Shown in pieces: positions 47,730-58,830 of a DNA stretch of 64,000 bases. Every line of letters starts with the position of its first letter. Within the stretch, counting starts at the first letter, position 1. This DNA comes from Deltaproteobacteria bacterium (lineage in GTDB: Bacteria; Myxococcota_A; Polyangia; JAAYKL01). Below the pieces are notes generated by a model. It saw nothing but the letters and a program-made list of their open reading frames with translations. It made no database searches and had not been told where the DNA came from. A program made the translations under genes and the position numbers. The stretch is taken from assembly GCA_030595125.1 (NCBI GenBank), contig JAUVDV010000022.1, positions 3,064 to 67,063 of the forward strand, given 5' to 3'.

Positions 47730-49952
47730 TTAAGAAATAGAGTCCAATGCCGCGTTGAAGGTTGCGCTGGGATGGGTTGCCTTTGCAGCCTTTTCCGGAT
47801 CCGGGAAGTAATAGCCTCCAATATCAACAGGACTTCCCTGGGCCGCAATCATTTCATCGGCAATCTTGGCCTCATTATCTCCAAGCTCTTTGGCCAGCTT
47901 GGAGAAACGCGCCTGAAGCGAGCTATCCTCTGTTTGCTCGGCCAGAGCTTGAGCCCAGTAAAGCGCGAGGTAAAAGTGGCTCCCTCTATTATCCAGCTCA
48001 TTGACCTTTCGGGATGGCGACTTCTTGCTGTCCAGGAACTTGCTATTCGCCTCGCCGAGGGTCTTTGCGAAGATCTTGGCTTTTTCGTTGCCGGTGGTGT
48101 TGCCCAGATGTTCCAGTGATTCCGCAAGGGCCAGGAATTCACCAAGGGAGTCCCACCTCAGATGCCCTTCTTCGACAAACTGCTGGACGTGTTTTGGAGC
48201 CGAACCGCCCGCGCCGGTCTCGAACATCCCGCCGCCGTTCATGAGGGGAACTATGGAGAGCATTTTTGCGCTGGTATTCAATTCAAGAATTGGGAAAAGG
48301 TCCGTATTGTAGTCACGCAACACGTTTCCGGTTACAGAAATAGTGTCTTTGCCCTCTCTCATTCTTTCAAATGAAAATCTGGTTGCTTCCGCCACGGGCA
48401 TGGTATGGATTTCCATGCCGTCCGTGTCGTGATTCGGCAAATATTTTTTTACTTTTTCAATGAGTTGCGCGTCGTGAGGCCTGGCCGGGTCAAGCCAGAA
48501 CACGATGGGCGCCCCGGTAGCTTTGGCCCTGGTGATAGCCAGCTTTACCCAATCCTGTATGGGCGCGTCTTTTGCCTGGCACGCGCGCCAGATGTCGCCC
48601 TCTTCCACTTTGTGTTCGAGAATGGCTTTCCCCGAAGCGTCTACAACGCGAATCGTTCCGTCTCCCGGCGCCTCGAATGTCTTGTCGTGGGACCCGTACT
48701 CCTCCGCCTTTTTCGCCATGAGGCCTACGTTGGGAACAGTCCCCATTTTGGAGGGATCAAGAGCGCCGTGCTTGATGCAATTATTTATGGCCTCCTGGTA
48801 CAGGTCTGCATAACAGTGGTCGGGGATTACCGCCTTTACATCGTGCTGCTTGCCGTCGGGCCCCCACATCTTCCCCGAATCACGAATCATTGCAGGCATG
48901 GACGCGTCGATAATAACATCGCTGGGCACATGCAGGTTTGTGATCCCCTTGTCCGAGTTCACCATGGCGACTTGCGGGCGATTCTTATAGACCTCCTTGA
49001 TATCCGCTTCGATCTCCGCTCTTTTATCTTCCGGCAGGCTTGCGATCTTGTTGTAAAGGTCGCCCAGGCCATTGTTGAAATCAACGCCAAGCTCTTTGAT
49101 AACAGCCGCGTGTTTCTCAATGACGTTTCTGTAGAAAACCTTCACGGCATGACCAAAGATCTTTGGGTCGGAGACCTTCATCATTGTGGCCTTCATGTGC
49201 AAGGAAAACAGCACGCCTTTTTCTTTTGCGTCGTCTATCTGCTCCCCGAGGAATTTTGTCAGGGCCTTTTTGCTCATGAAAGTGGAATCAATGACTTCAC
49301 CGGCCAGAAGCGCCAGGTTGTCCTTCAAGACGGTGACCTTGCCGTCCTGAGAAACAAACTCGATCCTTGCGTTCGTTGCCTGCGCCATCGTGATGGACTT
49401 CTCGTTGGAGAAGAAGTCGCCGCTGCTCATCGTGGAGACATGTGTCTTTGAGTCAGGGCTCCATGCACCCATCTTGTGGGGGTTCTTCATTGCATACTGC
49501 TTGACCGCGACTGCCGCTCTGCGATCAGAGTTTCCTTCTCTCAGAACAGGATTTACGGCGCTTCCCAGCGCCACGGAGAACCTGGTCTTGATCTCCCGCT
49601 CTGCGTCGGTTTTCGGATTCTCGGGAAAGTCCGGAATATCGTAGCCTTTGTCCTGCACTTCTTTGAGTGCGGCCTTCAACTGTGGGATTGATGCGCTGAT
49701 ATTGGGCAGTTTGATGATATTGGCCTCCGGCAACATTGCGAGCTCGCCCAGAGCGGTCAGTTCATCAGGTATTTTTTGACTCTCAGTCAGGTTATCGGGG
49801 AAGTTGGCGATAATTCTTCCGGCAAGAGAGATATCCCTTGGAATAACTTCAAAACCGGACCCCTTTGTAAAAGCCTGGACAATGGGGAGTAACGAGTGAG
49901 TTGCCAGTGCCGGCGCCTCATCGGTTTTTGTCCACATAATTTTTTGAGACAT
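47730..49952 (-). CDS. icd: Monomeric NADP-dependent isocitrate dehydrogenase (about 740 aa type)
   Basis: N-terminus [25 protein letters not shown] and collinear similarity over the full length to Azotobacter-type monomeric IDH (recalled). ATG 49952 with GGAGG RBS. Confidence 0.9.
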   Translation of the reverse strand: MSQKIMWTKTDEAPALATHSLLPIVQAFTKGSGFEVIPRDISLAGRIIANFPDNLTESQKIPDELTALGELAMLPEANIIKLPNISASIPQLKAALKEVQDKGYDIPDFPENPKTDAEREIKTRFSVALGSAVNPVLREGNSDRRAAVAVKQYAMKNPHKMGAWSPDSKTHVSTMSSGDFFSNEKSITMAQATNARIEFVSQDGKVTVLKDNLALLAGEVIDSTFMSKKALTKFLGEQIDDAKEKGVLFSLHMKATMMKVSDPKIFGHAVKVFYRNVIEKHAAVIKELGVDFNNGLGDLYNKIASLPEDKRAEIEADIKEVYKNRPQVAMVNSDKGITNLHVPSDVIIDASMPAMIRDSGKMWGPDGKQHDVKAVIPDHCYADLYQEAINNCIKHGALDPSKMGTVPNVGLMAKKAEEYGSHDKTFEAPGDGTIRVVDASGKAILEHKVEEGDIWRACQAKDAPIQDWVKLAITRAKATGAPIVFWLDPARPHDAQLIEKVKKYLPNHDTDGMEIHTMPVAEATRFSFERMREGKDTISVTGNVLRDYNTDLFPILELNTSAKMLSIVPLMNGGGMFETGAGGSAPKHVQQFVEEGHLRWDSLGEFLALAESLEHLGNTTGNEKAKIFAKTLGEANSKFLDSKKSPSRKVNELDNRGSHFYLALYWAQALAEQTEDSSLQARFSKLAKELGDNEAKIADEMIAAQGSPVDIGGYYFPDPEKAAKATHPSATFNAALDSIS

Positions 49953-50005
49953 GGATACCTCCACAGTGTTGATTGTGTGTGCGGGTTTTCAAAGCGCTAT
50001 ATTTT

Positions 50006-51859
50006 CTAGTAATAGAGAATATCATCCATCGGATGACGATACAGCGGCTGTTTGAGGCGTTTCTGGTCGAAAACGTGCCCCATCATCCCGATTGTACGTC
50101 CGAGAATAAACAGGCTGTTCAGCCCCTCGAGATCGAGCACCTGTTGCATCTCCTCGGCGGTGAATTCACCGGATGATCGCATCATGTCTATGAACAAAAT
50201 GCCGATACAACCATCGACGTTCATAATCAGGTTGTTGCGCTTGGAGGTCGTTACCTCCTCTACCTTGAGGGCGTAGTCGAGTACTTCGGTACTGGGGAAG
50301 TTCTTCTTGGCGTACTCTTTCATGAGCGTAACGCGCTGGTCCGGATTCTGGACGCTCTTGACGAGGTGCCCGATGCCGGGGATGTTGATACCGGCTTTTT
50401 TCATGTCGGTAACGAACTGCAAGGGCGTCTTCTTGGCATCCGATGCCTCGGAAAAGTGCTTTGCCGCGCCATGCACGGCGCCGCCGAACCGAGGGCCGAT
50501 GGTCAGCATGCCGCTGACGATGCATGAAATCAGATCCTTGCCCGCGCGGGCCGTGACGATGGCGTTGTGCGCGCCGGACACCGCAGCGCCGTGATCGGCG
50601 GTAATCATCACAGCCATCTCGAGGAATTTGGTAGCCCATGGCGGAAGCAACTTCTTGAACCACAGCAGGCTGATAACGCCACCAATACCAATTTCATTCT
50701 TGAACACATCCGAAATGGTCATGGAGCGTTCGGAATCGTAGGGACCGCCGTAGGCCAGCTCGTCGCCGCTGTCGTCCGAAATTGTGGCGACGAAGTTTCT
50801 CGGCCTGCGAATGACTTTTTCTTTCAATGCCTTGGCGTAGTCCATCGGCATTGCGGGCGCCTCTGTCAGCGGTATCGGCTTGTGTTTTCCGTCAGCCACC
50901 AGCTTGTCGAACGTTTCCTTGATTACCACATCGTAGTTCTCGAACGAGTCGGGAACGATTGCGCCCGCTTCGCGCAGGGCTTCGTTCTTGGCGGTGGCTG
51001 TCTCGGCAGCCTTGTCCGCCCTTGCGCCGGCGTGTCCAAACTGAACTTCCGTCTTGAAGATACCTGCGCAGGTGCCGATGTTCCACATTACGAGCGGCTT
51101 GGTAATTCTTCCTTCCTTGAGAGCTGCGACGATTTTGTACTCGTCCTCGCCGCCAACTTCTCCGAGCGCGACTATCATCTTGATTTCGGGATTCGCCTCG
51201 TAGCGGAACAGATGGTCGGTCAGCGTGCTGAAGGGATAACGGTCGCCACCGATCGCCACTCCTTCGTAGAGTCCGTCCGTGTTGCGGCCGATGATGTTGT
51301 TGGCCTCGTTGGAGAGACCGCCCGACTTGGAGACAAATCCGACCGATCCGCTGCGGTGCAGCTTGGACTCGACGATGTTGTCCAGCATGCCGCCGGTGTT
51401 GCCGATCTTGAAGGCGCCGGCCACAATTCCGCCGACCGTGGCGGGACCGATGAGTATCTTTCCGCCGATCTTTTTCGCCTTGGCGGTGACCTCCTTGGCA
51501 TAGCGCTCCGGCATACCTTCCGCGATGACGGAAATCACGCGAAGCTGATCGTAGTCCAGCGCTTCCATCGTCGTGGGGAAGGCGGAACGGAACGACGCAA
51601 AGTTGACCATGGTCTCTATTGTGCTGTGATTCTTCATCACGTCAGCGATTGTCGGATAGATCGGAATGAGGAGCTCTTTTTCCCCCATGAAGGCCTTGTG
51701 AAGCCCTCCTTTCAGCGCGGTCGGGTTGACGATTGCGGTAACGCTCGGCTTTTCTCTACTGCTGACGTAATCGAAGTCCAGCATTCGCTGAATTGCGTTC
51801 CGCTGATAGCCGTAGATTACAGCTTCGGTATTTCTGTCGAATAGCTTGTAGTCTTTCAT
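50006..51859 (-). CDS. aclA: ATP-citrate lyase alpha subunit (CoA-binding + citrate-synthase-like domains)
   Basis: 617 aa. Succinyl-CoA-synthetase-alpha-like N-terminal half with GHAGA phospho-His loop. C-terminal citryl-CoA-lyase/citrate-synthase-like half. GGAGG RBS. Confidence 0.85.
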   Translation of the reverse strand: MKDYKLFDRNTEAVIYGYQRNAIQRMLDFDYVSSREKPSVTAIVNPTALKGGLHKAFMGEKELLIPIYPTIADVMKNHSTIETMVNFASFRSAFPTTMEALDYDQLRVISVIAEGMPERYAKEVTAKAKKIGGKILIGPATVGGIVAGAFKIGNTGGMLDNIVESKLHRSGSVGFVSKSGGLSNEANNIIGRNTDGLYEGVAIGGDRYPFSTLTDHLFRYEANPEIKMIVALGEVGGEDEYKIVAALKEGRITKPLVMWNIGTCAGIFKTEVQFGHAGARADKAAETATAKNEALREAGAIVPDSFENYDVVIKETFDKLVADGKHKPIPLTEAPAMPMDYAKALKEKVIRRPRNFVATISDDSGDELAYGGPYDSERSMTISDVFKNEIGIGGVISLLWFKKLLPPWATKFLEMAVMITADHGAAVSGAHNAIVTARAGKDLISCIVSGMLTIGPRFGGAVHGAAKHFSEASDAKKTPLQFVTDMKKAGINIPGIGHLVKSVQNPDQRVTLMKEYAKKNFPSTEVLDYALKVEEVTTSKRNNLIMNVDGCIGILFIDMMRSSGEFTAEEMQQVLDLEGLNSLFILGRTIGMMGHVFDQKRLKQPLYRHPMDDILYY

Positions 51860-51868
51860 TTTTACCTC

Positions 51869-53137
51869 CTAATTCTCTTCCAGGCCAAGGCTTACAATTT
51901 TGGTCATATGAGTTTCGGGCCCGTAGACTTCGATCGGCACGCCGAGAGTCTCGCCCAACTCGCGCATCAGCCTCAATCCCTCTTTGTAATTGGGGCCGCC
52001 GCGTCTCACATAGATTTTCACATTGTTTTCCTTCAGCTTGTCTTTGTAGTCGTTCAGGGCCTGAATGATGCCGGTAAAGGTCTTCGCAATGTCGGTGAAA
52101 TTGGCGATGCCGCCACCGATGAGAAGAACCTTTCCTTTTGGGTGCTTTGTCCTGGTCATCAGGTCCAGGAGGGTTTTTGTGTACTCGTAGGTCATCTCCT
52201 TGTTCGGGTCGCCGCTGTATTCGCCATAGTTTGCAATCTCTTCCGCTTTTCCGAGATCGGCGATCGTGTCGGCATAGATGACACTTGCGCCGCCGCCGGC
52301 AACGAGAGTCCAAATTCTACCTTCAGGGTTGATCAGGGTCAGCTTGAGCGAAGCGCCGGTCTTCTCGTCGAGACTCTTGATGTACGCCTCTTCCTTGCTC
52401 ATCACTCGCCCGAAAGGCGGAGGGAAATCCGTCTCGCCCCATTTTTCGACGCATTCGTAGAGCGCTGTATCGTCGAGGCGGGCGACCATGTCGAGCGGGA
52501 AAATATTATCTCCACTCATCGCGAACGGATTGATCTCGAGGTAGGCGAAATGCAGATCTGCATAGTACTTGTAAAGACCCTTGATGTACTTTGACACCAA
52601 CTTCTTCTTCTTGTCGTCCAGCTCCGCCGGGAGCTTAGCGGCCACGTCGATGGTCTCGATATCCGTGCTGGCCGGAACATCTATTTCCGACACGGTATCC
52701 CAGACTGACTCGATATCCATGCCGCCCTTGGTCGAGAAATAAATGGTATCGCCGGTCACATTGGATTTGATGGCAAGATAGTACTCTTCCTCGTGTTTGA
52801 CCAACGGTTCGATAATGAAATGAGTGAGCGAATCGGTGATCTTGCCGACCTTTGTCTCCTTGTTCATCCGCTCACCGATCCACTTGCGCACCTCGTCCAG
52901 GTTCTTGTCGATGAGCAGAAGCCCGTGCTTGCCGCGCTTGCCAAAAAGCTGGTCCGGCTTTGCCACGAGGGGCTTGGTCTTGAGCCAGGGATTTTCTTTT
53001 ACCAGAGTATCCCAGTTGGTCTTTTCGTCCACGAGCGCGATCTCACCCTCGTATCCGAAGCTCCCTCCCAGATATTCTGGCAGATATTTCGCCAGCATCC
53101 GCTTGCCATAGAATTCTCTTATTCCCCGTTGTGCCAT
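51869..53137 (-). CDS. aclB: ATP-citrate lyase beta subunit (ATP-grasp)
   Basis: 422 aa ATP-grasp resembling succinyl-CoA-synthetase-beta. Immediately upstream of aclA (9-nt gap). AAGGAG RBS. Confidence 0.85.
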   Translation of the reverse strand: MAQRGIREFYGKRMLAKYLPEYLGGSFGYEGEIALVDEKTNWDTLVKENPWLKTKPLVAKPDQLFGKRGKHGLLLIDKNLDEVRKWIGERMNKETKVGKITDSLTHFIIEPLVKHEEEYYLAIKSNVTGDTIYFSTKGGMDIESVWDTVSEIDVPASTDIETIDVAAKLPAELDDKKKKLVSKYIKGLYKYYADLHFAYLEINPFAMSGDNIFPLDMVARLDDTALYECVEKWGETDFPPPFGRVMSKEEAYIKSLDEKTGASLKLTLINPEGRIWTLVAGGGASVIYADTIADLGKAEEIANYGEYSGDPNKEMTYEYTKTLLDLMTRTKHPKGKVLLIGGGIANFTDIAKTFTGIIQALNDYKDKLKENNVKIYVRRGGPNYKEGLRLMRELGETLGVPIEVYGPETHMTKIVSLGLEEN

Positions 53138-53207
53138 TTTCGACTCCTTTTTCTATTCTTTCCCTGATTCTTTTCCCTGTTTATTTTGCTCTTGATCGCG
53201 CCGTGTC

Positions 53208-55133
53208 CTAGAGGAAATTCAGCATACCGCCCGCCAGAATGATTTTTTTCTGACGCTCTGAAAGTTTGGCGCTTACCTTGAACGTTGTTCCCTTGGTGAC
53301 GTTCTTCACTACCGCGACACCGTCGCCGGCGATAACGTCGCGAACCTTCTCAATCTCGAGTTTGTCACCCTGGTCGATCGCGTCGAGGTCGTCGGGGTTT
53401 TCGAAATTGAACGGAATGATGCCGAAATTGATGAGGTTGGCTATGTGAATGCGCTCGTACGACTTGGTAATGACCGCCTTCACGCCCATGTACATCGGAC
53501 AGAGCGCCGCGTGCTCACGCGAAGAACCCTGACCGTAGCTCAGGCCGCCTACTATGATGTTGAACTCGCCGTTCTTCTGGATTTTCTTCGCCCGGTTGAA
53601 AAACTCGGGATCGAGGACCTCAAAAAGAAACTCGGAATACTTGGGAACATTGGAACGATATTTCATTTTCGCGCCGGCGGGTATGATGTGATCCGTCGTG
53701 ATCTCATCACCGACCTTTATAGTCACTTCGGCGTTTATCGCTTCGGGCAACGGGTCGTTCTTCGGCGGGTCGCCAATGTTGGGCCCGCGAACGATCTCCA
53801 CCTTGCTCGGATCCTCTGCGGGAGGAACGATCATGGTGTCATCCACCAGGAACTGCTCGGGCATCTCTACTTTTGGATACTCCATGTCGAGGTCGCGCGG
53901 ATCGGTAATCTTTCCGGTGAGCACGGCTGCCGCCGCCGTTTCGCAGCTTACCAGGTAAGCATCTGCGCTCTTGGTGCCCGATCTGTTCAGGAAATTGCGG
54001 TTTGAGGTCCTCAGCGATACCGCATCTGACTTGGGCGACTGACTGTTGCCGATGCAGAAGCCGCAGGCGTTTTCCGCAAGCCGTCCGCCGGCTGAGAGCA
54101 GGTCGAAAAGCGACCCCTCTTTGGTCAGCATCTGGACAACCTGACGCGAACCGGGAGCAATAACGAAGCTCAGATCGGGGGGCGCCGCTCCCTCTTTTAC
54201 AATGCGCGCCGTGGTGGTGAGATCGACATACGAGGAATTGGTGCAGCTTCCCACGCAAACCTGATCGACACTCAGGCCGGCGAGTTCTTTTACTGTCTTG
54301 ATGTTACCCGGGCTGTGAGGCGCTGCCGCCATGGGCACGACTTCGCTCAGGTTCAGCTCCACTACCTTGGAGTATTCGGCGTCATCGTCGGCCTTGAACT
54401 CCGCCCAATCGTTTTCGCGATTTTGCCCTTTCAGGAACTTGCGCGTCTCCTGATCGCTTGGGAAAACAGAGGTCGTAACGCCACACTCGGCGCCCATGTT
54501 GGTGATAGTGGCGCGCTCGGGGACCGAAAGGGTCGCCACTCCGGGGCCACCGTACTCCAGCACAACACCCACATTACCCTTGGTAGTGAACATTTCCAGA
54601 ACCTTGAGTATGACATCCTTTGCCGCAACCCAGGGTTGAAGCTGACCCGTCAGGTTGATTTTGACGACGTCGGGACAAGTGAGATAGAAAGCGCCGCCAC
54701 CCATGGCAACCGCCACGTCCAGGCCTCCGGAGCCCATGGCAATCATTCCGATGCCGCCGCCCGTGGGCGTATGACTGTCGGAACCGAGCAATGTCTTGCC
54801 CGGCTTGCCGAATCGCTCGAGGTGTACCTGATGGCAGATGCCGTTGCCGGAACGGGAAAGATAGATCCCGTACTTCGAGGCCGCCCCTTGCAGGTATTTC
54901 TGATCGTCCGCGTTTTCGTAACCTATTTGAATTGTATTATGATCAACATAACTCACGGCAAGTTCGTTCTTGACACGTTTGATGCCCATCGCCTCGAACT
55001 GCAAGTACGCCATCGTCCCGGTCGCATCCTGCGTCAAAGTCTGATCGATGCGGATGGCGATCTCTTCTCCAGGCTCCCATTTTCCTTCTACGATGTGTTG
55101 CTCAATGATTTTCCGTGCCAGGCTTTTTCCCAT
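53208..55133 (-). CDS. acn: Aconitate hydratase, 641-aa fused-domain aconitase-family enzyme
   Basis: Aconitase-family FeS-ligand regions (GSDSHTPTGGG, VGSCTNSSY, SNRNFLNRSG). GAGAGG RBS. First gene of the acn-aclB-aclA-icd run. Confidence 0.85.
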   Translation of the reverse strand: MGKSLARKIIEQHIVEGKWEPGEEIAIRIDQTLTQDATGTMAYLQFEAMGIKRVKNELAVSYVDHNTIQIGYENADDQKYLQGAASKYGIYLSRSGNGICHQVHLERFGKPGKTLLGSDSHTPTGGGIGMIAMGSGGLDVAVAMGGGAFYLTCPDVVKINLTGQLQPWVAAKDVILKVLEMFTTKGNVGVVLEYGGPGVATLSVPERATITNMGAECGVTTSVFPSDQETRKFLKGQNRENDWAEFKADDDAEYSKVVELNLSEVVPMAAAPHSPGNIKTVKELAGLSVDQVCVGSCTNSSYVDLTTTARIVKEGAAPPDLSFVIAPGSRQVVQMLTKEGSLFDLLSAGGRLAENACGFCIGNSQSPKSDAVSLRTSNRNFLNRSGTKSADAYLVSCETAAAAVLTGKITDPRDLDMEYPKVEMPEQFLVDDTMIVPPAEDPSKVEIVRGPNIGDPPKNDPLPEAINAEVTIKVGDEITTDHIIPAGAKMKYRSNVPKYSEFLFEVLDPEFFNRAKKIQKNGEFNIIVGGLSYGQGSSREHAALCPMYMGVKAVITKSYERIHIANLINFGIIPFNFENPDDLDAIDQGDKLEIEKVRDVIAGDGVAVVKNVTKGTTFKVSAKLSERQKKIILAGGMLNFL

Positions 55134-55495
55134 TGCCGTACCTCTCTTTCTTCACTTCCTTGATTGAAACGGGAAACAAGCACCCTATTCCCGTTTTGCT
55201 TTTTCCTGATTTTGCTTATGATTTATATCATCTTGCACTTTTGCATTGAGGTTTCTCTTGTAGCATTTTCCTACATGCCGCTACTTCTCAGCGGCCCAAG
55301 AATTGCTCATCAATTCCAAACTTTTCCCTAAGATATTCAACTGGCAATGCCATCAATTTTTTCTTTTGGCAATACTGTGCAAATGTTCCTTTAGAACGGG
55401 ACGACAAATGAGATTTGTCACGAAAATGTGGAAATAAACGAAGATCTTATCCAGATCGAAAGCACCTGACTAACGATGGCGATCCAGATCGGATT

Positions 55496-56365
55496 CTATC
55501 CCATCTCACGACGCACGGAATTGGCCAAAATGCCCACTCCTTCGAGATGCACCTCCATTCGGTCGCCGTCTTGCAGGAAGATCGGGGGATCCTGAAACAC
55601 CCCCACCCCGGCCGGGGTTCCGGTGACGATGATATCGCCTGGAAAGAGGGTCATCTGATGCGACACAAAGGCAATGATCTCGGCTGTGGGGACCACCATT
55701 TCGGCAGTGCGCGCCTCCTGGCGAACCTCATCGTTGACGACCATCTTGATGCCCAGATCGTCGGGGTCGCCTATTTCGTCGCTGGACACGACCCATGGAC
55801 CCACCGGCCCGAAGGTGTCGAATCCCTTGCCGCGAAACCAGAGGCGATCACTGAACTGCGCTTCTCGGCCGCTAACATCATTGAAAGCAGTCACTCCTGC
55901 AACATGGGAGAGCGCATCGTCGACCTTGACTGCTTTCGCCGTGCGCCCGATGACCAGCGCCATCTCGGCCTCGAAATCCGGCTTGCTCTCGTGGGCCGGA
56001 ACGATCACCGTCGCTTCATGCCCCACCAGGCAGCTTGGCGCCTTGGCAAAGAGCATCGGCTGTTCCGAGGCCTTCCGGTTCTGCTCCGCCGCGTGTGCGC
56101 CGTAGTTGCGACCGAGCGCCACTACCTTTGAAGTATCCGGCACGGGAGGAGCGAACCGAATCGAAGAGAGCGGCTGGACGTGTTGGCTCTCAAAGCTACC
56201 CGCGTCCACAAGCCGCGCGATCTCCTTGTCAATGCCGGCGGCCAGAAGTTGCCGCCAGCTGCGTGGCCATTGGGGCCACTGGCCGGCGATGTCGAGAACC
56301 TGATCATCGCCTACGAGGACACCGGGGCGTTCCCCTTCCGGGTGGTTGAAGCTCAACCATTTCAT
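55496..56365 (-). CDS. Fumarylacetoacetate-hydrolase (FAH) family protein
   Basis: FAH-fold motifs (ALGRNYGAHAAE, EAEMALVIG, GTPAGVG). GGAAGGAG RBS. Confidence 0.85.
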   Translation of the reverse strand: MKWLSFNHPEGERPGVLVGDDQVLDIAGQWPQWPRSWRQLLAAGIDKEIARLVDAGSFESQHVQPLSSIRFAPPVPDTSKVVALGRNYGAHAAEQNRKASEQPMLFAKAPSCLVGHEATVIVPAHESKPDFEAEMALVIGRTAKAVKVDDALSHVAGVTAFNDVSGREAQFSDRLWFRGKGFDTFGPVGPWVVSSDEIGDPDDLGIKMVVNDEVRQEARTAEMVVPTAEIIAFVSHQMTLFPGDIIVTGTPAGVGVFQDPPIFLQDGDRMEVHLEGVGILANSVRREMG

Positions 56366-56417
56366 TTTACTGCTCCTTCCGAACACTACGCTGACAGGTT
56401 AATTCTGTTCCCGCGTT

Positions 56418-56446
56418 CTTGACACTTTCACTATCAGACGATATTG
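56418..56446 (+). promoter_or_regulatory. Possible sigma-70-type promoter for rnf operon (TTGACA-17-TATTGC)
   Basis: TTGACA at about 56418, weak -10. By-eye only. Confidence 0.25.
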
Positions 56447-56503
56447 CGTTTTTTAACAATTGCAACATATCTGTTTTCACCTTCACAGAGGATGCTATCA
56501 GAC

Positions 56504-57853
56504 ATGGATATTTCGTTCTTTCGCCGAGGTATCAAGCTATCCCGTCGGGCGAGACCTGGAAAGATTGAGCAGATTCCCCCTCCCGGACGGGCAGTGCTGT
56601 CACTTCAGCAGGGAAGCGGTCCTCCTGCCGAACCGTCGATAGAAATTGGAGAGACGGTCATAGTAGGGCAGACGCTCGCCCAGTGCGCTTCTGGAAGCGG
56701 GGCCGACCTCCACGCTTCAATCAGCGGCGAGGTGACGGCGTTCGAGGATCTGCATTTCCCCAACGGGACCACCGTCAAGGCGCTGGTCATCGAAGGCGAC
56801 GGAAAGGACACCTGGGCAGAGCCCGAGCGAGATGACAAACCATTGATTGCGAGCCCCGGCGAGTTGCTCGAACGCATCCGCCGCGGCGGTGTCATCCGGC
56901 AAGGCAGCGAGACCAAGTCTCTGGCCGAAGTCATCGGCGAGGCCATGTCTCCGCGCGGGTATCTCTCTTCCACCGGATCCACGGTCGCCAAACCGGTCAG
57001 GCATATTGCTGTGCGCTTCGCCGACCAGGACCCCCACCTCGACGCGCTCGCGGCCATGACCGAAACAATCGGCGATAAAACTGCGGATCTCGATCTCGGG
57101 GTCAAGGTGCTCGCCTCGATTACCGGCGCCGAGCAAATTCATTTCGTGCTCGACAACAAACAAGAGACGCCCGGCCTCGACAAGCTGGCCGACGATAACG
57201 ACTACGCAGTCTTGCGCCTGGACGCAACCAACTATCCTGACCTCTCCAGCCCAATGGTAGCCCGGGCGGTTTCCGGCAAGGAACCCGACACCGCTTTCAA
57301 GAGAGTGCACGAAAACGGCATCTTGGTTCTGGATGTAGACACTGTGCTGGAAACGGCCCTCGCAGCGCGAGACCGGCGACCGGTTGTCAGCAAACTGATA
57401 TCAGTCAACGGCCCGGAAGGGGCAGGCGTATTCGAAGCACGACTGGGCACACCGCTCGCCGATATCGTCTCGGCCGCAGGCCAAAAAAAGGAAATCGGAA
57501 AGGTGGTGCTCGGCGGCCCGATGAAAGGCATCGCCCACCACACTCTTGAGTTCCCGCTCACCAAGGAGATCTCTGGAATTACGCTGTTTGGTCGAGATCA
57601 AATAGACATGGCAGTCAACGATCCGTGCGTCGGTTGCGGGCTGTGCTCGATGGTATGCCCGATACGCCTCACGCCCGGGATGCTCTCGAGATACTGCGAG
57701 TTCAGCTCGTGGGATCTGGCGCAAGAAGCGCATTTGTTCTCATGCATCGAGTGCGGCTGTTGCGCCTATGTATGCCCGGCCGGCCGCTCGATGGTGCAGT
57801 TCATGGTTCAGGGTAAGAGCGAGTTGCTGTCCACGCGGAGGTCGGAATCATGA
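56504..57853 (+). CDS. rnfC: RnfC-like subunit with two C-terminal 4Fe-4S motifs but degenerate NADH/FMN-binding motif
   Basis: N-terminal RnfC_N-like region (VLSLQQGSGPPAEPSIEIGETVIVGQTLA). Where RnfC/RsxC carries GxxGxGGAGFPT this protein reads GGVIRQGSETKS. C-terminal CVGCGLCSMVCP and CIECGCCAYVCP. Confidence 0.8.
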   Translation: MDISFFRRGIKLSRRARPGKIEQIPPPGRAVLSLQQGSGPPAEPSIEIGETVIVGQTLAQCASGSGADLHASISGEVTAFEDLHFPNGTTVKALVIEGDGKDTWAEPERDDKPLIASPGELLERIRRGGVIRQGSETKSLAEVIGEAMSPRGYLSSTGSTVAKPVRHIAVRFADQDPHLDALAAMTETIGDKTADLDLGVKVLASITGAEQIHFVLDNKQETPGLDKLADDNDYAVLRLDATNYPDLSSPMVARAVSGKEPDTAFKRVHENGILVLDVDTVLETALAARDRRPVVSKLISVNGPEGAGVFEARLGTPLADIVSAAGQKKEIGKVVLGGPMKGIAHHTLEFPLTKEISGITLFGRDQIDMAVNDPCVGCGLCSMVCPIRLTPGMLSRYCEFSSWDLAQEAHLFSCIECGCCAYVCPAGRSMVQFMVQGKSELLSTRRSES

Positions 57854-58830
57854 CAAATCAACGACTTGTCGTTTCAATATCTCCACATATCAAGAACGGA
57901 CGCACCGTGCGGCGCATGATCGTGACCACAATAGCGGCGCTCGCGCCGGCCGCGCTCTGGGGATTCTATCAGTTCGGCCTCGATGCCCTCGCGCTCGTCG
58001 CGGTTGGAATCACCGCCGCTTGCGCCACCGAAGCACTGATCACCCGATTGGCCAAAAAGCGTTCCTCTCTGGGTGACGGCCACGCAGTGCTCACTGGGCT
58101 TGTGCTCGCCTTGCTCGTCCCGGCCGGCGTCCCGTTCTGGCTCGTAATCGTGGGAGCGGTCATGGCCATCCTGGTGGGCAAGATGCCGTTCGGTCCTCTG
58201 GGAGGAGCACCCATTTATCCTGCGCTCGTGGGATTATTGATCGTCGCGACATCCTGGCCCACCGAGATACGTAGCTATGTCCAGCCGACCACCGCCCCGG
58301 TAGAGCTCAAGGTAGAGGGCGCGGCCGACGCTGAAACTCCCCGTGACGCGGTATTCATCGACCCGAGCGACGAGGCCGAATACAAAACTGCAGACCTCTT
58401 CCTGGGTAAACAGGTCGGGCCGATCGGCGCGATTTCCCCGTTGCTTCTGTTGCTCGGGGGGCTGTTCTTGATCCTGCGCCGGGTCGCCCGGTGGCAGGCG
58501 CCACTCGGATTCCTTCTCGGCATGGGCCTTGCCGCCGGGATCGGCCACGCGCTCGACCCGAGCGGTTGTGCTTCTGCGTCTTTTCATCTGTTCACCGGTT
58601 CGGCCATGTTCGGCGCGTTTTTCCTCTGCACCGACTGGTCGTCAACACCCGTGACCCCGTGGGGTATGTTCCTGTTCGGCTTGATCGGCGGCGGATTGGC
58701 GGTTCTTCTCCGAATCGCCGGCCTTCCCTACGGAGCCGTGCCGTGGGCCATCGTGATCATGTCACTGGCCACACCGATCTTCGACCGCATCACCCCCACG
58801 CCTTTTGGAAAGGTGGCGAGCCATGCGTAA
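57850..58830 (+). CDS. rnfD: RnfD/NqrB-family membrane subunit
   Basis: Polytopic membrane protein. Motif FFLCTDWSSTPVTP (FMN-attachment Thr region). Confidence 0.9.
   Translation: MTNQRLVVSISPHIKNGRTVRRMIVTTIAALAPAALWGFYQFGLDALALVAVGITAACATEALITRLAKKRSSLGDGHAVLTGLVLALLVPAGVPFWLVIVGAVMAILVGKMPFGPLGGAPIYPALVGLLIVATSWPTEIRSYVQPTTAPVELKVEGAADAETPRDAVFIDPSDEAEYKTADLFLGKQVGPIGAISPLLLLLGGLFLILRRVARWQAPLGFLLGMGLAAGIGHALDPSGCASASFHLFTGSAMFGAFFLCTDWSSTPVTPWGMFLFGLIGGGLAVLLRIAGLPYGAVPWAIVIMSLATPIFDRITPTPFGKVASHA

Noticed and set aside
50567-51844. 425-aa + strand ORF inside aclA
   Set aside because: Antisense shadow.
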